Shown: positions 9,769-18,573, counted from the first letter of the stretch. The stretch: DNA of 64,000 bases from Candidatus Daviesbacteria bacterium (GCA_016184225.1 JACPDA010000005.1:3590-67589); one strand, 5' to 3'. Numbers and translations are program-made. Notes: a model not told the origin generated them from the sequence alone.

Positions 9769-10539
9769 TTAAGATTGTTTGGTTTCAAGCTTCTGAATTA
9801 AGCTTTCCACAGCTTCTCTGTCTGTTTCAGCCAAGGTTTCGATTCCGGATATAACTTCTAAAGTAAGAGGTTTTCGGCTGTGGATTAAAATTTCATCTTC
9901 TGATTCAAAACCTTCCCGTATTTGATTTCGGAGTAGCTTTTCATTGTAGTAGATGATGGTTCCTCGTCGGGCAATGGATTGGGTCAGAATTCCTTTTAGC
10001 TCAAGGATTGACATGCTAGAGTTTTCAAAACCAAAAAGCGGTGGATGCTGCCAGTCTGCCGCATCTTGAAACCAGTGGAAGGTAAAATCTAGAAAGGCAT
10101 CATCTTTGTACTGAGTCACTGAAGTTGGAAAGAGCAGGTAAGTTAGCGCAACAATTTGTGTTTCATCGAGTAGTTTTGTTCCTATTAGAGATTCAAAATG
10201 GTGCTCGATTGCCTGCCATCCAGCATGAGTTTTGAGTCGTCTTCTCATAGAATCATGGGATAGATCAGAAATCTCACGAAGTCTTCGGACCAGGCTAGGT
10301 TTATAATGCTCCAGATTTTCAGCAAAGGGATATGCGAAATAGAGATAGCCACCACTGGTTAGAATGTCTTTTTGGTAAGCTAACAGATTCTGGTCAGTGT
10401 AGGAAGCGCCCCAAGGTATTTGACCGGAGGTTACGGCTCGTTCTAAAAATTCCACACTGGTTCCGTAACCAGCTATAGCTTGGTTGCTAAAACCATCTGA
10501 TACCCAGTGTCTTAATAGTTCGGCTGTTTTTCTTGGCAT
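9769..10539 (-). CDS. Hypothetical protein (256 aa)
   Basis: ORF only. Confidence 0.35.
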   Translation of the reverse strand: MPRKTAELLRHWVSDGFSNQAIAGYGTSVEFLERAVTSGQIPWGASYTDQNLLAYQKDILTSGGYLYFAYPFAENLEHYKPSLVRRLREISDLSHDSMRRRLKTHAGWQAIEHHFESLIGTKLLDETQIVALTYLLFPTSVTQYKDDAFLDFTFHWFQDAADWQHPPLFGFENSSMSILELKGILTQSIARRGTIIYYNEKLLRNQIREGFESEDEILIHSRKPLTLEVISGIETLAETDREAVESLIQKLETKQS

Positions 10540-10542
10540 AAC

Positions 10543-11211
10543 TTAATTTAGCTCAACCACCGATACTTTTACTTTATTGTCATTGTACTCAAACCTAAAA
10601 GAAATAGGCTTGGCTTTATTATTGGTAATATAAAGATTCTGGAGCGTGCTGGACCCTTTTACAAATGGATTTGAATAAATAGAGACCCCGAACTCTTTGG
10701 GAACATCGGGGATATTGGCAAAATTGTGGTTAGTAGGGGCTTCTACCGAAAGGCCGGCATCTTTCGCCACCCAATTTATTAGAGAAGCCAAGTGGCAAAC
10801 CCCGTCACCGAACAAGTACCCGTCTGTTTTAAAGCCTTCAGCAGCATTAAAATGGGCATTAGTAGTTTTAACCAGCAGATCCTTATACTCCGCCTTTACG
10901 TCAGAGTGGAAAGCAAAGGTTTTATTGGGTAGCAATTTAAACTCATACCGGAATGGTTTTTCAATCTCATCCCAGTTAATGTCGGAAGCCTTATTAACCC
11001 TGCCTTCCATATAGGCGAGGTTTAGCAGGATATTTTTCTTAAAAACATCATTAACAAACCGGTCCGGCTGGCGGTTATCCAGGGAGATCTGCCGGTAGGC
11101 CAATAAATGATCGTTCCCAATAACTCCCAGCAGTGAGCCAAATGTCAGGGGAATAAGGGCAAAGATTTGTATGGGTTTTTTCATATTAGTACAAAGTGCG
11201 TATTTTATCAT
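10543..11211 (-). CDS. VanW-like protein with N-terminal signal/TM
   Basis: Core GDGVCHLASLINWVAKDAGL...NHNF resembles the VanW GGGVCQ...H motif region. Confidence 0.4.
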   Translation of the reverse strand: MIKYALCTNMKKPIQIFALIPLTFGSLLGVIGNDHLLAYRQISLDNRQPDRFVNDVFKKNILLNLAYMEGRVNKASDINWDEIEKPFRYEFKLLPNKTFAFHSDVKAEYKDLLVKTTNAHFNAAEGFKTDGYLFGDGVCHLASLINWVAKDAGLSVEAPTNHNFANIPDVPKEFGVSIYSNPFVKGSSTLQNLYITNNKAKPISFRFEYNDNKVKVSVVELN

Positions 11212-11260
11212 ACTATGGGTTCAAAAGTCAAGGTGGAATACTGTATGGTATGATTAATTT

Positions 11261-11983
11261 GTGATACGGCTTCTGCCCTTTATTTTGGTGCCTATTTTAA
11301 TAGTGGCCGGTTTAGGTTACTGGCGGCTTACCGGAAGCAAAACCAGCTCTCCTGCTGCCAAGGCAGAGCAAGTAGCGGACAAAGGCCCGGTAGAGGTCCC
11401 CAAGACCTTGCCTGAGGCAACCGTAGAAGATAGACTAAAAAGTCTGGAAGATATAGTCGCCAAATTGGCATCGAAGGTTAATAACCTTAAGCCCTCAAAA
11501 TCCGATACTACAACCGGTTCCCTGGATTCCAATGTCAAGGATCTTGAATCTGCAGTCACAGAGCTAAAGGCTCGGGTTTCGAGCTTAGAAAAAGCCACCC
11601 AGGCACCTGCTACTGCTTCCAAATCGCCTTTGTATATTCCTCTTGGCGGCGGCGGCGGACCCTGGGCAGACCAGGACTATAATACCCTAAATGAATACCA
11701 GGCAGCCATAAATTCTGATAACTACTCCGGCTATTCCAGCATGCAGCTGGAAGTAAATTTTAGGTTGGCAGAAGCAGCCGGGACAGGGTATGTAAGATTG
11801 TATAATGTGACTGATGGTAGTTCAATTTCTTCGGAGGTTTCTACTACCGGAACCGCTTTTGGTTTACAGACTTCCGGTACTTTTAAGCTGCCCGGTGGAC
11901 AAAAAACCTATACCATTCAGGTTAAGAGCAGCCAGGGTAAAAACCTGTTTGTCCAATCAGCCAGGATTAAGGTGAATTTCTAA
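11261..11983 (+). CDS. Hypothetical membrane-anchored/secreted protein with coiled coil and a beta-rich C-terminus
   Basis: N-terminal TM, heptad-like middle region, Gly-rich linker; non-ATG start. Confidence 0.35.
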   Translation: MIRLLPFILVPILIVAGLGYWRLTGSKTSSPAAKAEQVADKGPVEVPKTLPEATVEDRLKSLEDIVAKLASKVNNLKPSKSDTTTGSLDSNVKDLESAVTELKARVSSLEKATQAPATASKSPLYIPLGGGGGPWADQDYNTLNEYQAAINSDNYSGYSSMQLEVNFRLAEAAGTGYVRLYNVTDGSSISSEVSTTGTAFGLQTSGTFKLPGGQKTYTIQVKSSQGKNLFVQSARIKVNF

Positions 11984-12044
11984 AAGATGGAATAGATTTG
12001 AATTAATATGGTTTACCACAATCATGAACGAACTGAACTGATTG

Positions 12045-12118
12045 TGGCAGGGGTGGAAGGAATCGAACCCTCGTTAGCAGATTTGGAGTCTGCAGGCCTA
12101 CCACTGACCGACACCCCT
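12045..12118 (-). tRNA. trnW: tRNA-Trp (anticodon CCA), 3' CCA encoded
   Basis: Cloverleaf folded by hand from the reverse complement; anticodon loop CUCCAAA; T-loop TTCGATT. Confidence 0.85.
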
Positions 12119-12211
12119 AAACTTTCCAATTGTACCTAAAATTTACTGATAAGACAATGCAAGCTATCGAAGTTATAGACAAACATTATACGGCCGTGAT
12201 ATAAATGTCTA

Positions 12212-12730
12212 ATGGGGAAGTTACCACAAACTAAGAAAGGAGCAGTTACAAACTTAATTCTTTTGGCTCTAGAGAAAGCAATTGACGGCTACGTCAGGCT
12301 GGAAGATTTTCTCTATAATCCCGGATATTACGCCTATGGTGATGGTTGGAATTACCCATTAAATAAAGCATCTTTAGCAAAAGCGCTGCAAAGGCTCAGA
12401 CAAGCAGGGTTTATTGAACTTTTAGAAGATAAAGATTTAATACTAAGGTTGACTGATAAAGGTAGAGAAAGGGCTGTCTTGGCAGAGCTTCAAAGTCTGG
12501 CTGGAGAATGGGATGGAAGATGGAGGATAGTAATCTTTGATGTTCCAGAAAAAAGAAGGTCAGCCAGAGATTTGTTAAGGCACAATCTTAAGACCTGGGG
12601 ATTTACACCCTGGCAGCAAAGTGTTTGGGTGACAAAGAAAAATTGTACTGCACCGCTAAGGAAATATATTAAAAATGTGGGAATAGAGGATTGGGTGTTG
12701 GTAATTGAATCAGATGATATTGGTCGTTAG
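12212..12730 (+). CDS. PaaX-like wHTH plus Cas2-like-fold protein (paralog 2 of 3)
   Basis: Same architecture and motifs as 9230-9736 (WDGRWRIVIFDVPEKRRSARDLLRHNLKTWGFTPWQQSVW); flanked by direct repeats 12177-12209 and 12728-12761. Confidence 0.5.
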   Translation: MGKLPQTKKGAVTNLILLALEKAIDGYVRLEDFLYNPGYYAYGDGWNYPLNKASLAKALQRLRQAGFIELLEDKDLILRLTDKGRERAVLAELQSLAGEWDGRWRIVIFDVPEKRRSARDLLRHNLKTWGFTPWQQSVWVTKKNCTAPLRKYIKNVGIEDWVLVIESDDIGR

Positions 12731-12763
12731 ACAAACATTATACGGCTGTTGTATACTTGTCTT

Positions 12764-12931
12764 TTAAAGTTTAATTTCCTTATGTTCGGTACTTCGGCGG
12801 CAATGTTTACAAAATTTACTCAGAGTCAGCTTTTCTTTGATATTTACCGTGTTTTTCGTCGCAGTATAATTCTTAGCTTTACAAACAGAACACTGGAATA
12901 TAAATAATTGCCGGTTGCCTTTTTTAGCCAT
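12764..12931 (-). CDS. rpmG: 50S ribosomal protein L33 (Cys4 zinc-ribbon type); absent from the ORF track because it is under 60 aa
   Basis: Hand translation of the minus strand: MAKKGNRQLFIFQCSVCKAKNYTATKNTVNIKEKLTLSKFCKHCRRSTEHKEIKL, which fits the L33 pattern; classic position near tRNA-Trp. Confidence 0.75.
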   Translation of the reverse strand: MAKKGNRQLFIFQCSVCKAKNYTATKNTVNIKEKLTLSKFCKHCRRSTEHKEIKL

Positions 12932-12964
12932 ACGACTTAATACATAATACTAAATACTAAAGAC

Positions 12965-13321
12965 TTAGGATTTTAGCTTTCTGCTAAAGCCATAAAGTCT
13001 TTTAACAATAGATTCGCATTTTAACATAAATTTCTGATGTGTTGAAGTATTAATATATTTTAGATCGAAACTAATATCTAATATGGCTACGATCTCACTT
13101 ACTGAACCTATCGAAATCATCAAAAATCGATTAAACTCTGCATCAGATCTCTTCATGGATCCTTCAGCTAGGTTAAGTAATACGGAAGTAGAAGCCCTTC
13201 TCAGTTGAGAAGCTAATTCAAATTGTTCTTGTTTTGGCAACTTGCTGCACAGTTGGTAAATCTCTTTTACAAAGCTACGAATATCTTGATAAATGGAGAA
13301 ATCTCTGAATCTAAATGACAT
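12965..13321 (-). CDS. Four-helix-bundle protein (23S rRNA IVS protein / Avd-like family), paralog 1 of 4
   Basis: Family signature ...EQFELASQLRRASTSVLLNLAEGSMK...EFNRFL... Confidence 0.7.
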   Translation of the reverse strand: MSFRFRDFSIYQDIRSFVKEIYQLCSKLPKQEQFELASQLRRASTSVLLNLAEGSMKRSDAEFNRFLMISIGSVSEIVAILDISFDLKYINTSTHQKFMLKCESIVKRLYGFSRKLKS

Positions 13322-13380
13322 TTGTATCAGGTATTAAGTATTTAAGTTAGGCTTTAGGTCTTAAGTCTTAAGTCAATTCT

Positions 13381-13454
13381 GAGCCGACAGCGGGAATTGA
13401 ACCCGCGACCCCGTTCTTACCAAGAACGTGCTCTACCACTGAGCCATGTCGGCA
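13381..13454 (-). tRNA. trnT: tRNA-Thr (anticodon GGT)
   Basis: Reverse complement GCCGACATGGCTCAGTGGTAGAGCACGTTCTTGGTAAGAACG...TTCAATTCC...; anticodon loop UUGGUAA. Confidence 0.85.
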
Positions 13455-13466
13455 CAAATAACCTCA

Positions 13467-13576
13467 AGAACGTGCTCTTCCTGGGTGAATTTCATTATTA
13501 TATTTCTGCTTCGCAGATAAAATGTTATTCACCCGTTCCGACACTTTATGTCGGAACCCACTGAGCCATGTCGGCA
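13467..13576 (-). pseudogene. tRNA-Thr-derived partial copy: acceptor/D arm plus the 5' anticodon stem of the GGT tRNA, interrupted after G19 by an ~80 nt hairpin-containing insert, with no 3' half
   Basis: Segments CAAGAACGTGCTCT and CACTGAGCCATGTCGGCA are copied from the adjacent tRNA-Thr(GGT) but separated by 80 nt containing the hairpin GTTCCGACA...TGTCGGAAC. Confidence 0.4.
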
Positions 13577-13577
13577 A

Positions 13578-13652
13578 TGGAGCCGAGACCGGGATTTGAA
13601 CCCGGGACCTACTGTTTACAAAACAGTTGCTCTACCACTGAGCTATCTCGGC
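13578..13652 (-). tRNA. trnT: tRNA-Thr (anticodon TGT), CCA encoded
   Basis: Reverse complement GCCGAGATAGCTCAGTGGTAGAGCAACTGTTTTGTAAACAGT...GGTTCAAATCC...CTCGGCTCCA. Confidence 0.85.
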
Positions 13653-14078
13653 ACAGGGTATATTTTACCAAGTTTAAAGTTTAAAGTGCAAAGTTTAAAA
13701 TGGAAATTTAACAAATAGAGGTAGAAATGGACTTTTCTGTCTACAGAGTCCATTTAGAAGTATTAGGTCGATCAGAAAATGTCCAAAACAAAAAAATATA
13801 CTTCCTTCGGAAGACTATTTTCTCTCTAACGTTCGAAAATAATTCCTCCCTACCATAGTCGTCAGCCAAATTTTCTCCTCAGGAAACCTAAGGTGGGTAT
13901 CCTGTCACGTTCATGTAAACTGAACGTGAACTCCGGATTCCCGTAAAGTATCAAATCAGTGAAGAAAAATATTTTGGCTTTAAACGTGCTAAGTAGGGAT
14001 GCCTTTTTAGGCAGTCCTTCAGGCCATCTACTTATTATGTCCTTTAGGATAATTTAATAGTAATACTGATGGTTTTAT

Positions 14079-15290
14079 TTGTCAAGTCGTCCAGCCTTAA
14101 GATATACTGTTTGGATGGAAAAAGCTCGGAGGCCGCATTTGTTTTTTATCTACTTAGCCATCTTTGTCAATATTTTAGGGTTCGGGATGATTTTTCCGCT
14201 GCTGCCTTTCTATGCGCAACAATTCAATGCCAATGAGACTACAATCGGGCTTTTGGCAGCCAGTTTTGCCATAGCGCAATTTATCCTGTCTCCGATTTGG
14301 GGCAGGCTTTCCGATAGATACGGCAGGAAACCAATTATCGCGATTGCCCTCTTGGGTTTAAGCTTCTCTTTCCTGCTTTTTGGCCTGTCAAACAGCCTAC
14401 CTTGGCTTTTTGTTTCCAGGATCTTGCAAGGTATCTTCTCAGGAGCAGCCATGCCTGTAGCGCAAGCATATGTGGCTGATGTGACTACTAAAGAGAACCG
14501 GATCAAAGGCATGGGTAACTTGGGAGCATCTTTGGCAGCCGGTTTTATCTTTGGCCCGGGGATGGGCGGGGTTTTATCGGGAGTCCACCTGTCATTCCCA
14601 TTTTTCGTGGCTTCAGTTTTAGCACTTTTGAACCTGATATCAGTACTTATATTTTTGCCCGAATCTTTAAGCCAAAAAGCAGAGAAGTTTTTGATCAAAG
14701 AAGGTTTTTTTAATATCAAACATATGTACCAGGGTTTATACGGAGAACTTGGATCGTTCTTTATTCTGGCTTTCTTTTGGTCTTTTGCTCTTACCAATAA
14801 TGAGGTGGCAGTGCCGCTTTTTGGTATGGAAAAATTGAATTTGTCTGTTTCAACAATCGGCTACTTTTTCTCTGCCCAAGGGCTTTTGGCCATGTTCATG
14901 CAGTCCATTTTAATCTACAGAATTACTCATATCTTCGGTGAACGCAGAACCGTTGTTTTAGGGTTATCCATTATGGCTCTGGGTTTATTTTTAGTGCCTT
15001 TTGCCAAAATTCCGGTATTCCTGTTAAGTTTCATGGTCTTGATGACTTTGGGATCTTCGATGACCAGGCCAACCTTGGCCACACTGGTTTCCAAGGAGAC
15101 TCACGAAGGACAGGGAACCACCATGGGAATCTTTACTTCATTTGAATCATTAGGCAGGGTTTTTGGACCTTTACTGGGAGGTTGGCTTTTTTCTACATTT
15201 GATTTTCACTCACCTTTTACCGTATCTGCCATTTTAATCCTGATAACTTTGCTCTTTGTGGTGCAGATTAAAGGATTTTTCCGGGGTTGA
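14079..15290 (+). CDS. MFS transporter (12 TM); first ATG at 14115
   Basis: MFS motif GRLSDRYGRKP between TM2 and TM3; 12 hydrophobic segments. Confidence 0.8.
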   Translation: MSSRPALRYTVWMEKARRPHLFFIYLAIFVNILGFGMIFPLLPFYAQQFNANETTIGLLAASFAIAQFILSPIWGRLSDRYGRKPIIAIALLGLSFSFLLFGLSNSLPWLFVSRILQGIFSGAAMPVAQAYVADVTTKENRIKGMGNLGASLAAGFIFGPGMGGVLSGVHLSFPFFVASVLALLNLISVLIFLPESLSQKAEKFLIKEGFFNIKHMYQGLYGELGSFFILAFFWSFALTNNEVAVPLFGMEKLNLSVSTIGYFFSAQGLLAMFMQSILIYRITHIFGERRTVVLGLSIMALGLFLVPFAKIPVFLLSFMVLMTLGSSMTRPTLATLVSKETHEGQGTTMGIFTSFESLGRVFGPLLGGWLFSTFDFHSPFTVSAILILITLLFVVQIKGFFRG

Positions 15291-15326
15291 CAAAAATATC
15301 TTGGCAAAAAGTTGTATAATAAAGTC

Positions 15327-15515
15327 ATGAAAGCAGATATCCTATTAAAATATGAGAATAAATGGGTAGCCCTAAGCAAAAGTAGAGATAAAGTTCTTTA
15401 CGCGGCTCCGTCAATAGATTCTTTGCTTAAAAAAATCTCCGGAAGAAAGAAGAAAGAAGTTATCCTGCATTTTGTACCGCCTTTTGATGGCACTCTTTCT
15501 TTATGGCTAAGATAA
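15327..15515 (+). CDS. Small protein (DUF5678-like?) upstream of a retropepsin-like gene; the ORF-track TTG start at 15312 lies inside an extended -10 (TGTATAAT), so the start is set at ATG 15327
   Basis: 62 aa; overlaps the next gene by 13 nt; pattern YENKWVAL resembles small partner proteins of retropepsin-like proteases. Confidence 0.35.
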   Translation: MKADILLKYENKWVALSKSRDKVLYAAPSIDSLLKKISGRKKKEVILHFVPPFDGTLSLWLR

Positions 15516-15976
15516 CCGGCTACTCATATATTCCTCAAGTCTACCAAAATCCAAATATCAATCAGTTTGTCCAAGTCTACCTGCCCATGATTCCTGTTAG
15601 ATTATCTTACGCCTGGGGACAATTGTCCCCATTTTTTGACGCGGTGATAGATTCCGGATCTGATAGAAATCTGTTCCCCATGATGCTTGCCAGATATATT
15701 GGAATTGAGTTTGGAAAAATAAAATCTAATAAAGTCTACGGCATCGGCCAGGGCTATATTCAGGTTTACCCGGCAAAAATAAATATCTGGCTGGGAAACA
15801 ACAAGTACGAGACAGATGCAGACTTTAGCGATAACCAGAGTATCCCTATATTAGGTAGAAATGGATTTTTCAATCTTTTTAAATCCATCAAGTTTGATGA
15901 AAAAGGCCAGTTTGTTTATTATAGAAGAGTAATGATTTCGTTAGAAGGATCTAGCTGGTTTATCGTCAAAATTTGA
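15503..15976 (+). CDS. Retropepsin-like (clan AA) aspartic protease
   Basis: Catalytic AVIDSGSDRNLFP (D-S/T-G) and a downstream ILGRNGFF motif typical of retropepsin-fold proteins. Confidence 0.6.
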   Translation: MAKITGYSYIPQVYQNPNINQFVQVYLPMIPVRLSYAWGQLSPFFDAVIDSGSDRNLFPMMLARYIGIEFGKIKSNKVYGIGQGYIQVYPAKINIWLGNNKYETDADFSDNQSIPILGRNGFFNLFKSIKFDEKGQFVYYRRVMISLEGSSWFIVKI

Positions 15977-16010
15977 CTTTGAACTGTCGTTTCGGTAAAC
16001 TATAGGTTCT

Positions 16011-17177
16011 ATGATTAGTTCAGTGGAAAGACCTTTGTGGATTCCCATGCAAGAAATGGTTTCCCCGGGCAGTATCGGTGAAGAACTCCTGAAAGAGATT
16101 CCTGGTTTGGGAGAACGTCTTCGTCCGGAAACGATTTTAGGACAACCTTTAAAACCATCTCTATTTGTACCGGAAAACCCCGGTCTTGCTACTTATGCGG
16201 ATATCTTAGGGCTTTCGGCTGAGGAGTTTGCCAAATTCAATCCGAGACTTAAGTTATCAGAAAAATTAGATATTTATCTTAAGAACCTTTCGATTCTTCC
16301 GCACAGCAGACTTTTAGCAGCAATTTACGGTTTACCGCTATTTCCGGCTCCGCCGGATCGGGAACAGGAGATTGTTGAAGGCGTAGAAGATGCGTTTTAT
16401 AAGATGCCTTATCAAACGGCAGTTCCTGTTTTAGTGTTGCGTTTTGGCTTACATGATGGATTCCGGCGAAGCCCAGAAGAAACAGGTAGACAGCTTGAGC
16501 GATCCGTAACTAGAGCAAGAGTTCGGCAGGTAGAAGGAGAAGGCTTGAGATATTTACGTCATGAAACCCGTATAAAAGAATATCTTATATTACCGGAGGC
16601 CAGTTTGGGAAAAGAAATTTTTGGAGCTGTCCTGGTCAATAATTTACCCGACTTAAACGGGAGAGTCTCTACACAAGCTTTAAAGCTGCCAGCTGGTATC
16701 ATTAGGGAAGCAAGCTACTTGTTCAACAGGGTTTTATCTATAGAAGATTTAGTAATTGAGGATTTAAGTAGAGCTGAAAATCCAATCCCCGAAGAGGTAA
16801 AGCATGAGGTTTCTTTGGTTTTACAAAGAAGAGTAAGAGAGGTAGCGGATAAGCGTATAATAGCAGCCGAGCAGAGAGTTCAAGTTGAAACGGTAGCCAA
16901 AGCAGCAAAAGACAACGAGAGACGATCACAAGTAGAAGAACCAAAAGACAATTTTATCTCTGAATATAAATTAACCCTTTTGCAACTTGAAAGAGCTGAT
17001 GAGATGCCGCTTACAAATCTGGGGTTAACCACGCGCTCGCGTAATGCCCTAAAGAGGGCTGGTATTAAAACTGTTGGCGCATTGCTGAGAATGAATAGAC
17101 AAGATCTTCAAGGTATCCGAAATGTGGGTATTAAATTAGGAGCAGAGATCGTATCTAGAATCCCAATAAATTACTAA
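16011..17177 (+). CDS. Putative transcription-associated protein with a sigma-70 region-4-like HTH and a C-terminal RNAP alpha-CTD-like HhH domain
   Basis: PEETGRQLERSVTRARVRQVEGEGLRYLRH (sigma region 4 pattern) and LTNLGLTTRSRNALKRAGIKTVGALLRMNRQDLQGIRNVGIKLGAEIVSRI (alpha-CTD pattern). Confidence 0.45.
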   Translation: MISSVERPLWIPMQEMVSPGSIGEELLKEIPGLGERLRPETILGQPLKPSLFVPENPGLATYADILGLSAEEFAKFNPRLKLSEKLDIYLKNLSILPHSRLLAAIYGLPLFPAPPDREQEIVEGVEDAFYKMPYQTAVPVLVLRFGLHDGFRRSPEETGRQLERSVTRARVRQVEGEGLRYLRHETRIKEYLILPEASLGKEIFGAVLVNNLPDLNGRVSTQALKLPAGIIREASYLFNRVLSIEDLVIEDLSRAENPIPEEVKHEVSLVLQRRVREVADKRIIAAEQRVQVETVAKAAKDNERRSQVEEPKDNFISEYKLTLLQLERADEMPLTNLGLTTRSRNALKRAGIKTVGALLRMNRQDLQGIRNVGIKLGAEIVSRIPINY

Positions 17178-17844
17178 ACAATCCTACTAAAAATCCCAGG
17201 ATGGTTGTGAGTAGGGAACCGCGACCGAAAGGTACCATTAATAATATTAAAAGAATGAAAAAGCCATACGGCTCAATTCTCTGGTAGGTTTTTGCCAGGT
17301 TATATGGCAGCTGTGACAGAAGTATCTTTGACCCGTCCAAAGGGGGAATGGGGAATAGATTAAAAATCCCCAAAACCAGGTTAATTAAGACAGTGAAGCG
17401 AAGAAGTGAGCCCACAATGGCCGGAAAAGTTTGCGGCAGGGCATTTAAAAGATGATAAATTAAGGCAGCTGCAATGGCCAGACTGAAATTAGCCAAAATT
17501 CCGGCTGCAGAAACCATTAGTTCCCCTTTCCTTAAATTGGAAAAATTCAAAGGATTAACCGGCACAGGCTTGGCCCAGCCAAAAAGTATTGGTGAGCCGG
17601 TAAAAATGAGGAGTGCTGGCAAGAGGATTGTCCCAAACAGGTCAATATGGGGGAGAGGATTTAAGGTCAGTCTGCCGGCACGTTCTGCTGTATGGTCGCC
17701 AAATTTTAAAGCCACTATCCCATGCATGACTTCATGGATAATGACTGAAAAAAGTAGAATTATGATAGATATGGCAAAAAACTCAGGCATGATTACGATT
17801 GTATATACACTTGTTAATACATAGTTTATACGATTGTCATACAA
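17155..17844 (-). CDS. M50 site-2 protease family (SpoIVFB-like) membrane metalloprotease; start possibly the internal Met at ~17790
   Basis: HEVMHG (HExxH) in a TM helix and FNLFPIPPLDG (LDG motif). Confidence 0.75.
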   Translation of the reverse strand: MYDNRINYVLTSVYTIVIMPEFFAISIIILLFSVIIHEVMHGIVALKFGDHTAERAGRLTLNPLPHIDLFGTILLPALLIFTGSPILFGWAKPVPVNPLNFSNLRKGELMVSAAGILANFSLAIAAALIYHLLNALPQTFPAIVGSLLRFTVLINLVLGIFNLFPIPPLDGSKILLSQLPYNLAKTYQRIEPYGFFILLILLMVPFGRGSLLTTILGFLVGLFSNLLGF

Positions 17845-17847
17845 TTG

Positions 17848-18237
17848 TCACTCAACTGATTTTGATCTTTTAATAATCACTGATATGAAATTGTTTAACT
17901 TCACTTCTAAGTTTTTCAGGTCTTTCAGTATTTGAGAATATTCCTCATATTTACTTTTTGGTATTTGCCCTAGTTTTTCAGCAACTAGCAGGTGCGAGCG
18001 TGATTCCTGTAAAGATCCACGGGCATTGTATAAAAACTTTACAGAATCCTTATAATGAAATCTTCCAAAACTTTCTGCTATGTTTGCTGAAATGGAGACG
18101 ATAGCGCGTTTTAATTGATCTATGATTCCATATTTTTCTTCCTTAGGAAAAAACGAGAGTAATTGGTAAATCTTCACTGCTAACTCTACGGATAGCTGCC
18201 AGACTTCTAAATCCTCAAAGCTTTTGATTGTGGCCAT
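17848..18237 (-). CDS. Four-helix-bundle protein (23S rRNA IVS / Avd-like), paralog 2 of 4
   Basis: DLEVWQLSVELAVKIYQLLSFFPKEEKYGIIDQLKRAIVSISANIAESFGR... Confidence 0.75.
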   Translation of the reverse strand: MATIKSFEDLEVWQLSVELAVKIYQLLSFFPKEEKYGIIDQLKRAIVSISANIAESFGRFHYKDSVKFLYNARGSLQESRSHLLVAEKLGQIPKSKYEEYSQILKDLKNLEVKLNNFISVIIKRSKSVE

Positions 18238-18315
18238 TTTACAATTGTATCAACAACTGTGTAACTATGGTATAACCATTGTGTAACTACTGCGTCTATG
18301 TTAAACTATACGCTT

Positions 18316-18573
18316 ATGTTAGTCTGCAGTAGGTGTGGAAAAGGCAAAAATACTGTTAACTTCTCCAGGCACAAAAAGGGATCTTCCGGAGCCGGTGGAA
18401 ATTGGGCGCTGCGCGCCCCGATTCATAAAAGGGTACAAAGACCAAATCTTCATATTTTTAAAGGAGCAAAATACTGCACTAAGTGTCTCCGGATAGTTAA
18501 AAAGCCTACATTCTTTGGGTTACGGCATGAAACATCGGATAAAGAGGTTGTGGCCACCAATGCCAGGGTATAA
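18316..18573 (+). CDS. Possible ribosomal protein L28-like zinc-ribbon protein (weak call); 3' end overlaps the convergent methyltransferase gene
   Basis: CSRCGKGKNTVNFSRHKK...RPNLH resembles the L28 core; extra Cys pair downstream. Confidence 0.35.
   Translation: MLVCSRCGKGKNTVNFSRHKKGSSGAGGNWALRAPIHKRVQRPNLHIFKGAKYCTKCLRIVKKPTFFGLRHETSDKEVVATNARV

Noticed and set aside
13467-13576. Intron-containing third tRNA-Thr
   Set aside because: The insert sits in the D-loop, not the anticodon loop, and the 3' half (anticodon loop 3' side, T arm, acceptor 3' strand) is missing. I call it a pseudogene fragment.
15312-15326. TTG start at 15312 for the small protein, as given in the ORF track
   Set aside because: TTGTATAAT here is an extended -10 promoter element; the first ATG at 15327 is the more plausible start. 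The same reasoning moves the MFS start to 14115, dcd to 49321 and rpsB to 52234.
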